A stretch of 64,000 nt of DNA, from positions 12,000,001 to 12,064,000 of the forward strand of contig CP086569.2 of NCBI GenBank assembly GCA_009914755.4, in the 5' to 3' direction. Shown one piece after another: positions 14,007-29,116 of the stretch. The notes under the pieces are model-generated. The model was not told where the DNA came from. It worked only from the letters and a program-made list of their open reading frames with translations, and made no database searches. The DNA is from the human T2T-CHM13v2.0 reference genome, Homo sapiens. Both the position numbers and the translations under genes were made by a program. Numbering within the stretch: position 1 is the first letter of the stretch; every line of letters begins with the position of its first letter.

Positions 14007-15384
14007 ATGGACTTGAATGGAATTGAGTCGAAAGGAATTGACTCGAAAGGAATGGACTGGAACAAAAAGGAATCAAATGGACAGGAATGGAATGGAATGG
14101 ACTCGAATGGAATGGAGTCAAATGCAAACGCATCGAATGGAATGGATTCAAATGGAATGCAATTGAATGGAATAGAAAGGAAGAGAATGGAATTGAGAGT
14201 AATGGAAAGATATCGATTGGAATGAAATGGAATGGAAAGGAATTGAATGGAAAGGAATGGACTCGAAAGAAATGGGTTGGAATGGAATGGTCTCCAATGG
14301 AATGGACTGGAGTGGAATGGAATCGAATGGAATGAAAAGAATGGAACGGAATGGAACGGAAAGGAATAGAATGTTATGGAATCCGATTGGACAGAATGGA
14401 ATGGAATGCAGTTTCATGAAATGGAGTCAAATAGAGTGGCATCAAAAGGAATGAAATGGAGTGGGCTCAAGAGGAATGGACTCGAAAGGAATGGAGTCGA
14501 ACCAAATTGAATCAAATGGATTGGAGTCGAACAGAATGGAATGGAATGGAATGAACGCGACTGGAGTAGAGAGGAATGAAAAGGAATAGAATGGAATGTA
14601 ATCAAATGGATTGCAAGTGAATGGAATCAAAAATAATAGAAAGGAATGGACTGTAAAGGGATGATATTGAATTAAATGGAATGGAATGGAATTTAATGGA
14701 ATGGAGTCGAAGGAATGGACAGGAATGTAATGGACTCCAATGGAATAGAATGGATCAAAATGGATTTGAACAGATTGGAATCGAACGGAATGGAATGCAA
14801 TGAAATGGAATGGACTCGATCAGAATGGACTGGAGAGTAATGTACACAAATGGAATGGAAACGAATGGAATGGAATGAAGTGGAATGGAATGCAATGGAA
14901 TTGAAAGGAACGGAATCAAATGGAATGGAATGGAATGGAATGGAATGGATTGGAATAGAATGGATTCAAATAAAATAGAATCGATTGCAATGGTATTGAA
15001 TGGAAGGGACTTGAATGGAATGGAAAGCAATGGAAGATATTGGAATTGAATGGCATCGAATGAAATGGAATGGAACAGAATGGAACGGACCCGAATGGAA
15101 TGGAATGGACTCAAATGTAATGGACTCGAATGGAATCGAATGAAATATAATAGACTCGAAAGGAATGGCCTCGATTGGAATTTATTTGAATAGAATGGAA
15201 TCAAATGGAATACAATAGTATGGAATGGAATCGAATGGAATGGAATCGAATGGAATGTAATCAAATGGAATGGAACGGAATTCAATATAATGGAGTAGAA
15301 TGGAATGCATTGGAAAGGAGCAGAGTGGAATCGAGTGGATTGGAATCGAGTGGAATGGAATCAAAGGGAATGAAATCGAATTGA
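14007..15384 (+). repeat. HOR copy 11, 1378 bp
   Basis: Anchor-to-anchor. Second copy of the unit at 5755-7132. Confidence 0.8.
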
Positions 15385-16756
15385 ATGGACTTGAATGGAA
15401 TTGAGTCGAAAGGAATTGACTCGAAAGGAATGGACTGGAACAAAAAGGAATCAAATGGACAGGAATGGAATGGAATGGACTCGAATGGAATGGAGTCAAA
15501 TGCAAACGCATCGAATGGAATGGATTCAAATGGAATGCAATTGAATGGAATAGAAAGGAAGAGAATGGAATTGAGAGTAATGGAAAGATATCGATTGGAA
15601 TGAAATGGAATGGAAAGGAATTGAATGGAAAGGAATGGACTCGAAAGAAATGGATTGGAATGGAATGGTCTCCAATGGAATGGACTGGAGTGGAATGGAA
15701 TCGAATGGAAAGAAAAGAATGGAACGGAATGGAACGGAAAGGAATAGAATGTTATGGAATCCGATTGGAGAGAATGGAATGGAATGCAGTTTCATGAAAT
15801 GGAGTCGAATAGAGTGGCATCAAAAGGAATGGAATGGAGTGGACTCAAAAGGAATAGACTCGAAAGGAATGGAGTCGAACAAAATTGAATCAAAAGGATT
15901 GGAGTCGAACAGAATGGAATGGAATGGAATGAACTCGACTGGAGTAGAGAGGAATGAAAAGGAATAGAATGGAATGTAATCAAATGGATTGCAAGTGAAT
16001 GGAATCAAAAATAATAGAAAGGAATGGAGTGTAAAGGGATGATATTGAATTAAATGGAATGGAATGGAATTTAATGGAATGGAGTCGAAGGAATGGACAG
16101 GAATGTAATGGACTCCAATGGAATAGAATGGATCAAAATGGATTTGAACAGATTGGAATCGAACGGAATGGAATGCAATGAAATGGAATGGACTCGATCA
16201 GAACGGACTGGAGAGGAATGTACACAAATGGAATGGAAACGAAAGGAATGGAATGAAAGGGAATAGAATGCAATGTAATTGAAAGGAACGGAATCAAATG
16301 GAATGGAATGGAATGGAATGGATTGGAATAGAATGGATTCAAATAAATAGAATCGATTGCAATGGTATTGAATGGAAGGGACTTGAATGGAATGGAAAGC
16401 AATGGAAGATATTGGAATCGAATGGCATCAAATGAAATGGAATGGAACGGAATGGAACGGACCCGAATGGAATGGAATGGACTCAAATGTAATGGACTCG
16501 AATGGAATCAACTGAAATATAATAGACTCGAAAGGAATGGCCTCGAGCGGAATTTATTTGAATAGAATGGAATCAAATGGAATACAATAGTATGGAATGG
16601 AATCAAATGGAATGGAATCGAATGGAATGTAATCAAATGGAATGGAACGGAATTCAATATAATGGAGTAGAATGGAATGCATTGGAAAGGAGCAGAGTGG
16701 AATCGAGTGGATTGGAATCGAGTGGAATGGAATCAAAGGGAACGAAATCGAATTGA
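15385..16756 (+). repeat. HOR copy 12, 1372 bp
   Basis: Anchor-to-anchor. Confidence 0.8.
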
Positions 16757-18139
16757 ATGGACTTGAATGGAATTGAGTCGAAAGGAATTGACTCGAAAGG
16801 AATGGACTGGAACAAAAAGGAATCAAATGGACAGGAATGGAATGGAATGGACTCGAATGGAATGTAGTCAAATGCAAACGCATCGAATGGAATGGATTCA
16901 AATGGAATGCAATTGAATGGAATAGAAAGGAAGAGAATGGAATTGAGAGTAATGGAAAGATATCGATTGGAATGAAATGGAATGGAAAGGAATTGAATGG
17001 AAAGGAATGGACTCGAAAGAAATGGGTTGGAATGGAATGGTCTCCAATGGAATGGACTGGAGTGGAATGGAATCGAATGGAATGAAAAGAATGGAACGGA
17101 ATGGAACGGAAAGGAATAGAATGTTATGGAATCCGATTGGACAGAATGGAATGGAATGCAGTTTCATGAAATGGAGTCAAATAGGGTGGCATCAAAAGGA
17201 ATGGAATGGAGTGGACTCAAGAGGAATGGACTCGAAAGGAATGGAGTCGAACCAAATTGAATCAAATGGATTGGAGTCGAACAGAATGGAATGGAATGGA
17301 ATGAACTCGACTGGAGTAGAGAGGAATGAAAAGGAATAGAATGGAATGTAATCAAATGGATTGCAAGTGAATGGAATCAAAAATAATAGAAAGGAATGGA
17401 GTGTAAAGGGATGATATTGAATTAAATGGAATGGAATGGAATTTAATGGAATGGAGTCGAAGGAATGGACAGGAATGTAATGGACTCCAATGGAATGGAA
17501 TGGATGAAAATGGATTAGAACAGATTGGAATAGAACGGAATGGAATGCCATGAAATGGAATGGACTCGATCAGAATGGACTGGAGAGGAATGTACACAAA
17601 TGGAATGGAAACGTATGGAATGCAATGAAATGGAATGGAATGCAATGGAATTGAAAGGAACGGAATCAAATGGAATGGAATGGAATGGAATGGAATGGAA
17701 TGGATTGGAATAGAATGGATTCAAATAAAATAGAATCGATTGCAATGGTATTGAATGGAAGGGACTTGAATGGAATGGAAAGCAATGGAAGATATTGGAA
17801 TCGAATGGCATCGCATGAAATGGAATGGAACGGAATGGAACGGACCCGAATGGAATGGAATGGACTCAAATGTAATGGACTCGAATGGAATCGACTGAAA
17901 TATAATAGACTCGAAAAGAATGGCCTCGAGCGGAATTTATTTGAATATAATAGAATGAAATGGAATACAATAGTATGGAATGGAATCGAATGGAATGGAA
18001 TCGAATGGAATGTAATCAAATGGAATGGAACGGAATTCAATATAATGGAGTAGAATGGAATGCATTGGAAAGGAGCAGAGTGGAATCGAGTGTATTGGAA
18101 TCGAGTGGAATGGAATCAAAGGGAACAAAATCAAATTGA
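16757..18139 (+). repeat. HOR copy 13, 1383 bp
   Basis: Anchor ATG at 16757. Six-unit pentamer run near 17673-17702. Confidence 0.8.
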
Positions 18140-19512
18140 ATGGACTTGAATGGAATTGAGTCGAAAGGAATTGACTCGAAAGGAATGGACTGGAACAAAA
18201 AGGAATCAAATGGACAGGAATGGAATGGAATGGACTCGAACGGAATGGAGTCAAATGCAAACGCATCGAATGGAATGGATTCAAATGGAATGCAATTGAA
18301 TGGAATAGAAAGGAAGAGAATGGAATTGAGAGTAATGGAAAGATATCGATTGGAATGAAATGGAATGGAAAGGAATTGAATGGAAAGGAATGGACTCGAA
18401 AGAAATGGGTTGGAATGGAATGGTCTCCAATGGAATGGACTGGAGTGGAATGGAATCGAATGGAATGAAAAGAATGGAACGGAATGGAACGGAAAGGAAT
18501 AGAATGTTATGGAATCCGATTGGACAGAATGGAATGGAATGCAGTTTCATGAAATGGAGTCAAATAGAGTGGCAACAAAAGGAATGGAATGGAGTGGACT
18601 CAAGAGGAATGGACTCGGAAGGATTGGAGTCGAACCAAATTGAATCAAATGGATTGGAGTCGAACAGAATGGAATGGAATGGAATGAACTCGACTGGAGT
18701 AGAGAGGAATGAAAAGGAATAGAATGGAATGTAATCAAATGGATTACAAGTGAATGGAATCAAAAATAATAGAAAGGAATGGAGTGTAAAGGGATGATAT
18801 TGAATTAAATGGAATGGAATGGAATTTAATGGAATGGAGTCGAAGGAATGGACAGGAATGTAATGGACTCCAATGGAATGGAATGGATGAAAATGGATTA
18901 GAACAGATTGGAATAGAACGGAATGGAATGCCATGAAATGGAATGGACTCGATCAGAACGGACTGGAGAGGAATGTACACAAATGGAATGGAAACGAATG
19001 GAATGCAATGAAATGGAATGCAATGCAATGGAATTGAAAGGAACGGAATCAAATGGAATGGAATGGAATGGAATGGATTGGAATAGAATGGATTCAAATA
19101 AAATAGAATCGATTGCAATGGTATTGAATGGAAGGGACTTGAATGGAATGGAAAGCAATGGAAGATATTGGAATCGAATGGCATTGAATGAAATGGAATG
19201 GAACGGAATGGAACGGACCCGAATGGTATGGAATGGACTCAAATGTAATGGACTCGAATGGAATCGACTGAAATATAATAGACTCGAAAGGAATGGCCTC
19301 GAGCGGAATTTATTTGAATAGAATGGAATCAAATGGAATACAATAGTATAGAATGGAATCAAATGGAATGGAATCGAATGGAATGTAATCAAATGGAATG
19401 GAACGGAATTCAATATAATGGAGTAGAATGGAATGCATTGGAAAGGAGCAGAGTGGAATCGAGTGGATTGGAATCGAGTGGAATGGAATCAAAGGGAACG
19501 AAATCGAATTGA
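18140..19512 (+). repeat. HOR copy 14, 1373 bp
   Basis: Anchor-to-anchor. Confidence 0.8.
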
Positions 19513-20885
19513 ATGGACTTGAATGGAATTGAGTCGAAAGGAATTGACTTGAAAGGAATGGACTGGAACAAAAAGGAATCAAATGGACAGGAATGGAATG
19601 GAATGGACTCGAATGGAATGGAGTCAAATGCAAACGCATCGAATGGAATGGATTCAAATGGAATGCAATTGAATGGAATAGAAAGGAAGAGAATGGAATT
19701 GAGAGTAATGGAAAGATATCGATTGGAATGAAATGGAATGGAAAGGAATTGAATGGAAAGGAATGGACTCGAAAGAAATGGATTGGAATGGAATGGTCTC
19801 CAATGGAATGGACTGGAGTGGAATGCAATCGAATGGAAAGAAAAGAATGGAACGGAATGGAATGGAAAGGAATAGAATGTTATGGAATCCGATTGAACAG
19901 AATGGAATGGAATGCAGTTTCATGAAATGGAGTCGAATAGTGTGGCATGAAAAAAAATGGAATGGAGTGGACTCAAAAGGAATGGACTCGAAAGGAATGG
20001 AGTCGAACCAAATTGAATCAAATGGATTGGAGTCGAACAGAATGGAATGGAATGGAATGAACTCGACTGGAGTAGAGAGGAATGAAAAGGAATAGAATGG
20101 AATGTAATCAAATGGATTGCAAGTGAATGGAATCAAAAATAATAGAAAGGAATGGAGTGTAAAGGGATGATACTGAATTAAATGGAATAGAATGGAATTT
20201 AATGGAATGGAGTCGAAGGAATGGACAGGAATGTAATGGACTCCAATGGAATGGAATGGATCAAAATGGATTTGAACTGATTGGAATCGAACGGAATGGA
20301 ATGCAGTGAAATGGAATGGACTCGATCAGAACGGACTGGAGAGGAATGTACACAAATGGAATGGAAACGAATGGAATGGAATGAAATGGAATGGAATGCA
20401 ATGGAATTGAAAGGAACGGAATCAAATGGAATGGAATGGAATGGAATGGATTGGAATAGAATGGATTCAAATAAAATAGAATCGATTGCAATGGTATTGA
20501 ATGGAAGGGACTTGAATGGAATGGAAAGCAATGGAAGATATTGGAAACGAATGGCATCGAATGAAATGGAATGGAACGGAATGGAACGGACCCGAATGGA
20601 ATGGAATGGACTCAAATGTAATGGACTCGAATGGAATCGACTGAAATATAATAGACTCGAAAGGAATGGCCTCGAGCGGAATTTATTTGAATAGAATGGA
20701 ATCAAATGGAATACAATAGTATAAAATGGAATCGAATGGAATGGAATCGAATGGAATGTAATCAAACGGAATGGAACGGAATTCAATATAATGGAGTAGA
20801 ATGGAATGCATTGGAAAGGAGCAGAGTGGAATCGAGTGGATTGGAATCGAGTGGAATGGAATCAAAGGGAACGAAATCGAATTGA
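19513..20885 (+). repeat. HOR copy 15, 1373 bp
   Basis: Anchor-to-anchor. Confidence 0.8.
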
Positions 20886-22258
20886 ATGGACTTGAATGGA
20901 ATTGAGTCGAAAGGAATTGACTCGAAAGGAATGGACTGGAAGAAAAAGGAATCAAATGGACAGGAGTGGAATGGAATGGACTCGAACGGAATGGAGTCAA
21001 ATGGAAACGCATCGAATGGAATGGATTCAAATGGAATGCAATTGAATGGAATAGAAAGGAAGAGAATGGAATTGAGAGTAATGGAAAGATATCGATTGGA
21101 ATGAAATGGAATGGAAAGGAATTGAATGGAAAGGAATGGACTCGAAAGAAATGGATTGGAATGCAATGGTCTCCAATGGAATGGACTGGAGTGGAATGGA
21201 AACGAATGGAATGAAAAGAATGGAACGGAATGGAACGGAAAGGAATAGAATGTTATGGAATCCGATTGGACAGAATGGAATGGAATGGAGTTTCATGAAA
21301 TGGAGTGGAATAGAGTGGCATCAAAAGGAATGGAATGGAGTGGACTCAAAAGGAATGGACTCGAAAGGAATGGAGTCGAACCAAATTGAATCAAATGGAT
21401 TGGAGTCGAACAGAATGGAATGGAATGGAATGAACTCGACTGGAGTAGAGAGGAATGAAAAGGAATAGAATGGAATGTAATCAAATGGATTGCAAATGAA
21501 TGGAATCAAAAATAATAGAAAGGAATGGAGTGTAAAGGGATGATATTGAATTAAATGGAATGGAATGGAATTTAATGGAATGGAGTCGAAGGAATGGACA
21601 GGAATGTAATGGACTCCTATGGAATAGAATGGATCAAAATGGATTTGAACAGATTGGAATCGAACGGAATGGAATGCAATGAAATGGAATGGACTCGATC
21701 AGAACGGACTGGAGAGTAATGTACACAAATGGAATGGAAACGAAAGGAATGCAATGAAAAGGAATGGAATGCAATGGAATTGAAAGGAACGGAATCAAAT
21801 GGAATGGAATGGAATGGAATGGATTGGAATAGAATGGATTCAAATAAAATAGAATCGATTGCAATGGTATTGAATGGAAGGGACTTGAATGGAATGGAAA
21901 GCAATGGAAGATATTGGAATCGAATGGCATCGAATGAAATGGAATGGAACGGAATGGAACGGACCCGAATGGTATGGAATGGACTCAAATGTAATGGACT
22001 CGAATGGAATCGACTGAAATATAATAGACTCGAAAGGAATGGCCTCGAGCGGAATTTATTTGAATAGAATGGAATCAAATGGAATACAATAGTATAGAAT
22101 GGAATCAAATGGAATGGAATCGAATGGAATGTAATCAAATGGAATGGAACGGAATTCAATATAATGGAGTAGAATGGAATGCATTGGAAAGGAGCAGAGT
22201 GGAATCGAGTGGATTGGAATCGAGTGGAATGGAATCAAAGGGAACGAAATCGAATTGA
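20886..22258 (+). repeat. HOR copy 16, 1373 bp
   Basis: Anchor-to-anchor. Confidence 0.8.
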
Positions 22259-23626
22259 ATGGACTTGAATGGAATTGAGTCGAAAGGAATTGACTCGAAA
22301 GGAATGGACTGGAACAAAAAGGAATCAAATGGACAGGAATGGAATGGAATGGACTCGAATGGAATGGAGTCAAATGCAAACGCATCGAATGGAATGGATT
22401 CAAATGGAATGCAATTGAATGGAATAGAAAGGAAGAGAATGGAATTGAGAGTAATGGAAAGATATCGATTGGAATGAAATGGAATGGAAAGGAATTGAAT
22501 GGAAAGGAATGGACTCGAAAGAAATGGATTGGAATGGAATGGTCTCCAATGGAATGGACTGGAGTGGAATGCAATCGAATGGAAAGAAAAGAATGGAACG
22601 GAATGGAATGGAAAGGAATAGAATGTTATGGAATCCGATTGAACAGAATGGAATGGAATGCAGTTTCATGAAATGGAGTCGAATAGAGTGGCATCAAAAG
22701 GAATGGAATGGAGTGGACTCAAAAGGAATGGACTCGAAAGGAATGGAGTCGAACCAAATTGAATCAAATGGATTGGAGTCGAACAGAATGGAATGGAATG
22801 GAATGAACTCGACTGGAGTAGAGAGGAATGAAAAGGAATAGAATGGAATGTAATCAAATGGATTGCAAGTGAATGGAATCAAAAATAATAGAAAGGAATG
22901 GAGTGTAAAGGGATGATACTGAATTAAATGGAATGGAATGGAATTTAATGGAATGGAGTCGAAGGAATGGACAGGAATGTAATGGACTCCAATGGAATGG
23001 AATGGATCAAAATGGATTTGAACAGATTGAAATCGAACGGAATGGAATGCAATGAAATGGAATGGACTCGATCAGAACGGACTGGAGAGGAATGTACACA
23101 AATGGAATGGAAACGAAAGGAATGGAATGAAATGGAATGGAATGCAATGGAATTGAAAGGAACGGAATCAAATGGAATGGAATGGAATGGATTGGAATAG
23201 AATGGATTCAAATAAAATAGAATCGATTGCAATGGTATTGAATGGAAGGGACTTGAATGGAATGGAAAGCAATGGAAGATATTGGAATCGAATGGCATCG
23301 AATGAAATGGAATGGAACGGAATGGAACGGACCCGAATGGAATGGAATGGACTCAAATGTAATGGACTCGAATGGAATCGACTGAAATATAATAGACTCG
23401 AAAGGAATGGCCTCGAGCGGAATTTATTTGAATAGAATGGAATCAAATGGAATACAATAGTATAGAAAGGAATCGAATGGAATGGAATCGAATGGAATGT
23501 AATCAAATGGAATGGAACGGAATTCAATATAATGGAGTAGAATGGAATGCATTGGAAAGGAGCAGAGTGGAATCGAGTGGATTGGAATCGAGTGGAATGG
23601 AATCAAAGGGAACGAAATCGAATTGA
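22259..23626 (+). repeat. HOR copy 17, 1368 bp
   Basis: Anchor-to-anchor. Only three GGAAT units in the internal run near 23166-23185. Confidence 0.8.
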
Positions 23627-24999
23627 ATGGACTTGAATGGAATTGAGTCGAAAGGAATTGACTCGAAAGGAATGGACTGGAACAAAAAGGAATCAAATGG
23701 ACAGGAATGGAATGGAATGGACTCGAATGGAATGGAGTCAAATGCAAACGCATCGAATGGAATAGATTCAAATGGAATGCAATTGAATGGAATAGAAAGG
23801 AAGAGAATGGAATTGAGAGTAATGGAAAGATATCGATTGGAATGAAATGGAATGGAAAGGAATTGAATGGAAAGGAATGGACTCGAAAGAAATGGATTGG
23901 AATGGAATGGTCTCCAATGGAATGGACTGGAGTGGAATGCAATCGAATGGAAAGAAAAGAATGGAACGGAATGGAATGGAAAGGAATAGAATGTTATGGA
24001 ATCCGATTGAACAGAATGGAATGGAATGCAGTTTCATGAAATGGAGTCGAATAGAGTGGCATCAAAAGGAATGGAATGGAGTGGACTCAAAAGGAATGGA
24101 CTCGAAAGGAATGGAGTCGAACCAAATTGAATCAAATGGATTGGAGTCGAACAGAATGGAATGGAATGGAATGAACTCGACTGGAGTAGAGAGGAATGAA
24201 AAGGAATAGAATGGAATGTAATCAAATGGATTGCAAGTGAATGGAATCAAAAATAATAGAAAGGAATGGAGTGTAAAGGGATGATACTGAATTAAATGGA
24301 ATGGAATGGAATTTAATGGAATGGAGTCGAAGGAATGGACAGGAATGTAATGGACTCCAATGGAATGGAATGGATCAAAATGGATTTGAAGAGATTGGAA
24401 TGGAACGGAATGGAATGCAATGAAATGGAATGGACTCGATCAGAACGGACTGGAGAGGAATGTACACAAATGGAATGGAAACGAAAGGAATGGAATGAAA
24501 TGGAATGGAATGCAATGGAATTGAAAGGAACGGAATCAAATGGAATGGAATGGAATGGAATGGATTGGAATAGAATGGATTCAAATAAAATAGAATCGAT
24601 TGCAATGGTATTGAATGGAAGGGACTTGAATGGAATGGAAAGCAATGGAAGATATTGGAATCGAATGGCATCGAATGAAATGGAATGGAACGGAATGGAA
24701 CGGACCCGAATGGAATGGAATGGACTCAAATGTAATGGACTCGAATGGAATCGACTGAAATATAATAGACTCGAAAGGAATGGCCTCGAGCGGAATTTAT
24801 TTGAATAGAATGGAATCAAATGGAATACAATAGTATAAAATGGAATCGAATGGAATGGAATCGAATGGAATGTAATCAAACGGAATGGAACGGAATTCAA
24901 TATAATGGAGTAGAATGGAATGCATTGGAAAGTAGCAGAGTGGAATCGAGTGGATTGGAATCGATTGGAATGGAATCAAAGGGAACGAAATCGAATTGA
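23627..24999 (+). repeat. HOR copy 18, 1373 bp
   Basis: Anchor-to-anchor. Confidence 0.8.
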
Positions 25000-26370
25000 A
25001 TGGACTTGAATGGAATTGAGTCGAAAGGAATTGACTCAAAAGGAATGGACTGGAACAAAAAGGAATCAAATGGACAGGAATGGAATGGAATGGACTCGAA
25101 TGGAATGGAGTCAATGCAAACGCATCGAATGGAATGGATTCAAATGGAATGCAATTGAATGGAATAGAAAGGAAGAGAATGGAATTGAGAGTAATGGAAA
25201 GATATCGATTGGAATGAAATGGAATGGAAAGGAATTGAATGGAAAGGAATGGACTCGAAAGAAATGGATTGGAATGGAATGGTCTCCAATGGAATGGACT
25301 GGAGTGGAATGCAATCGAATGGAAAGAAAAGAATGGAACGGAATGGAATGGAAAGGAATAGAATGTTATGGAATCCGATTGAACAGAATGGAATGGAATG
25401 CAGTTTCATGAAATGGAGTCGAATAGAGTGGTATAAAAGGAATGGAATGGAGTGGACTCAAAAGGAATGGACTCGAAAGGAATGGAGTCGAACCAAATTG
25501 AATCAAATGGATTGGAGTCGAACAGAATGGAATGGAATGGAATGAACTCGACTGGAGTAGAGAGGAATGAAAAGGAATAGAATGGAATGTAATCAAATGG
25601 ATTGCAAGTGAATGGAATCAAAAATAATAGAAAGGAATGGAGTGTAAAGGGATGATATTGAATTAAATGGAATGGAATGGAATTTAATGGAATGGAGTCG
25701 AAGGAATGGACAGGAATGTAATGGACTCCAATGGAATGGAATGGATCAAAATGTATTTGAACAGATTGGAATCGAACGGAATGGAATGCAATGAAATGGA
25801 ATGGACTCGATCAGAACGGACTGGAGAGGAATGTACACAAATGGAATGGAAACGAAAGGAATGGAATGAAATGGAATGGAATGCAATGGAATTGAAAGGA
25901 ACGGAATCAAATGGAATGGAATGGAATGGAATGGATTGGCATAGAATGGATTCAAATAAAATAGAATCGATTGCAATGGTATTGAATGGAAGGGACTTGA
26001 ATGGAATGGAAAGCAATGGAAGATATTGGAATCGAATGGCATCGAATGAAATGGAATGCAACGGAATGGAACGGACCCGAATGGTATGGAATGGACTCAA
26101 ATGTAATGGACTCGAATGGAATCGACTGAAATATAATAGACTCGAAAGGAATGGCCTCGAGCGGAATTTATTTGAATAGAATGGAATCAAATGGAATACA
26201 ATAGTATGGAATGGAATCGAATGGAATGGAATCGAATGGAATGTAATCAAATGGAATGGAACGGAATTCAATATAATGGAGTAGAATGGAATGCATTGGA
26301 AAGGAGCAGAGTGGAATCGAGTGGATTGGAATCGAGTGGAATGGAATCAAAGGGAACGAAATCGAATTGA
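25000..26370 (+). repeat. HOR copy 19, 1371 bp
   Basis: Anchor ATG at 25000. Carries a 1-bp deletion (gtcaatgcaaacg instead of gtcaaatgcaaacg) near 25113. Confidence 0.8.
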
Positions 26371-27743
26371 ATGGACTTGAATGGAATTGAGTCGAAAGGA
26401 ATTGACTCGAAAGGAATGGACTGGAACAAAAAGGAATCAAATGGACAGGAATGGAATGGAATGGACTCGAATGGAATGGAGTCAAATGCAAACGCATCGA
26501 ATGGAATGGATTCAAATGGAATGCAATTGAATGGAATAGAAAGGAAGAGAATGGAATTGAGAGTAATGGAAAGATATCGATTGGAATGAAATGGAATGGA
26601 AAGGAATTGAATGGAAAGGAATGGACTCGAAAGAAATGGATTGGAATGGAATGGTCTCCAATGGAATGGACTGGAGTGGAATGGAATCGAATGGAATGAA
26701 AAGAATGGAACGGAATGGAACGGAAAGGAATAGAATGTTATGGAATCCGATTGGACAGAATGGAATGGAATGCAGTTTCATGAAATGGAGTGGAATAGAG
26801 TGACATCAAAAGGAATGGAATGGAGTGGACTCAAAAGGAATGGACTCGAAAGGAATGGAGTCGAACCAAATTGAATCAAATGGATTGGAGTCGAACAGAA
26901 TGGAATGGAATGGAATGAACTCGACTGGAGTAGAGAGGAATGAAAAGGAATAGAATGGAATGTAATCAAATGGATTGCAAGTGAATGGAATCAAAAATAA
27001 TAGAAAGGAATGGAGTGTAAAGGGATGATATTGAATTAAATGGAATGGAATGGAATTTAATGGAATGGAGTCGAAGGAATGGACAGGAATGTAATGGACT
27101 CCAATGGAATGGAATGGATCAAAATGGATTTGAACAGATTGGAATGGAACGGAATGGAATGCAATGAAATGGAATGGACTCGATCAGAACGGACTGGAGA
27201 GGAATGTACACAAATGGAATGGAAACGAAAGGAATGGAATGAAATGGAATGGAATGCAATGGAATTGAAAGGAACGGAATCAAATGGAATGGAATGGAAT
27301 GGAATGGATTGGAATAGAATGGATTCAAATAAAATAGAATCGATTGCAATGGTATTGAATGGAAGGGACTTGAATGGAATGGAAAGCAATGGAAGAGATT
27401 GGAATCGAATGGCATCGAATGAAATGGAATGGAACGGAATGGAACGGACCCGAATGGAATGGAATGGACTCAAATGTAATGGACTCGAATGGAATCGACT
27501 GAAATATAATAGACTCGAAAGGAATGGCCTCGAGCGGAATTTATTTGAATAGAATGGAATCAAATGGAATACAATCGTATGGAATGGAATCGAATGGAAT
27601 GGAATCGAATGGAATGTAATCAAATGGAATGGAACGGAATTCAATATAATGGAGTAGAATGGAATGCATTGGAAAGGAGCAGAGTGGAATCGAGTGGATT
27701 GGAATCGAGTGGAATGGAATCAAAGGGAAACAAATCGAATTGA
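26371..27743 (+). repeat. HOR copy 20, 1373 bp
   Basis: Anchor-to-anchor. Confidence 0.8.
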
Positions 27744-29116
27744 ATGGACTTGAATGGAATTGAGTCGAAAGGAATTGACTCAAAAGGAATGGACTGGAAC
27801 AAAAAGGAATCAAATGGACAGGAATGGAATGGAAAGGACTCGAATGGAATGGAGTCAAATGCAAACGCATCGAATGGAATGGATTCAAATGGAATGCAAT
27901 TGAATGGAATAGAAAGGAAGAGAATGGAATTGAGAGTAATGGAAAGATATCGATTGGAATGAAATGGAATGGAAAGGAATTGAATGGAAAGGAATGGACT
28001 CGAAAGAAATGGATTGGAATGGAATGGTCTCCAATGGAATGGACTGGAGTGGAATGGAATCGAATGGAAAGAAAAGAATGGAACGGAATGGAACGGAAAG
28101 GAATAGAATGTTATGGAATCCGATTGGACAGAATGGAATGGAATGCAGTTTCATGAAATGAAGTCGAATAGAGTGGCATCAAAAGGAATGGAATGGAGTG
28201 GACTCAAAAGGAATGGACTCGAAAGGAATGGAGTCGAACCAAATTGAATCAAATGGATTGGAGTCGAACAGAATGGAATGGAATGGAATGAACTCGACTG
28301 GAGTAGAGAGGAATGAAAAGGAATAGAATGGAATGTAATCAAATGGATTGCAAGTGAATGGAATCAAAAATAATAGAAAGGAATGGAGTGTAAAGGGATG
28401 ATATTGAATTAAATGGAATGGAATGGAATTTAATGGAATGGAGTCGAAGGAATGGACAGGAATGTAATGGACTCCAATGGAATGGAATGGATCAAAATGG
28501 ATTTGAACAGATTGGAATGGAACGGAATGGAATGCAATGAAATGGAGTGGACTCGATCAGAACGGACTGGAGAGGAATGTACACAAATGGAATGGAAACG
28601 AAAGGAATGGAATGAAATGGAATGGAATGCAATGGAATTGAAAGGAACGGAATCAAATGGAATGGAATGGAATGGAATGGATTGGAATAGAATGGATTCA
28701 AATAAAATAGAATCGATTGCAATGGTATTGAATGGAAGGGACTTGAATGGAATGGAAAGCAATGGAAGATATTGGAATCGAATGGCATCGAATGAAATGG
28801 AATGGAACGGAATGGAACGGACCCGAATGGAATGGAATGGACTCAAATGTAATGGACTCGAATGGAATCGACTGAAATATAATAGACTCGAAAGGAATGG
28901 CCTCAAGCGGAATTTATTTGAATAGAATGGAATCAAATGGAATACAATAGTATAGAATGGAATCGAATGGAATGGAATCGAATGGAATGTAATCAAATGG
29001 AATGGAACGGAATTCAATATAATGGAGTAGAATGGAATGCATTGGAAAGGAGCAGAGTGGAATCGAGTGGATTGGAATCGAGTGGAATGGAATCAAAGGG
29101 AACGAAATCGAATTGA
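27744..29116 (+). repeat. HOR copy 21, 1373 bp
   Basis: Anchor-to-anchor. Confidence 0.8.

Larger units (their letters stand above)
14007..22258 (+). repeat. Six-HOR super-repeat, copy B (8252 bp, tandem to copy A)
   Basis: Same as copy A, at offset +8252 and more than 99.9% identity. Identity decays outside about 5.6 kb and about 22.5 kb. Confidence 0.85.

Noticed and set aside
5600-22500. Interpreting the more-than-99.9%-identical 8.25-kb tandem copies as a functional amplification
   Set aside because: In satellite arrays such blocks are the expected product of unequal crossing-over, or occasionally of assembly error. There is nothing to suggest selection or function. Reported only as a structural finding.
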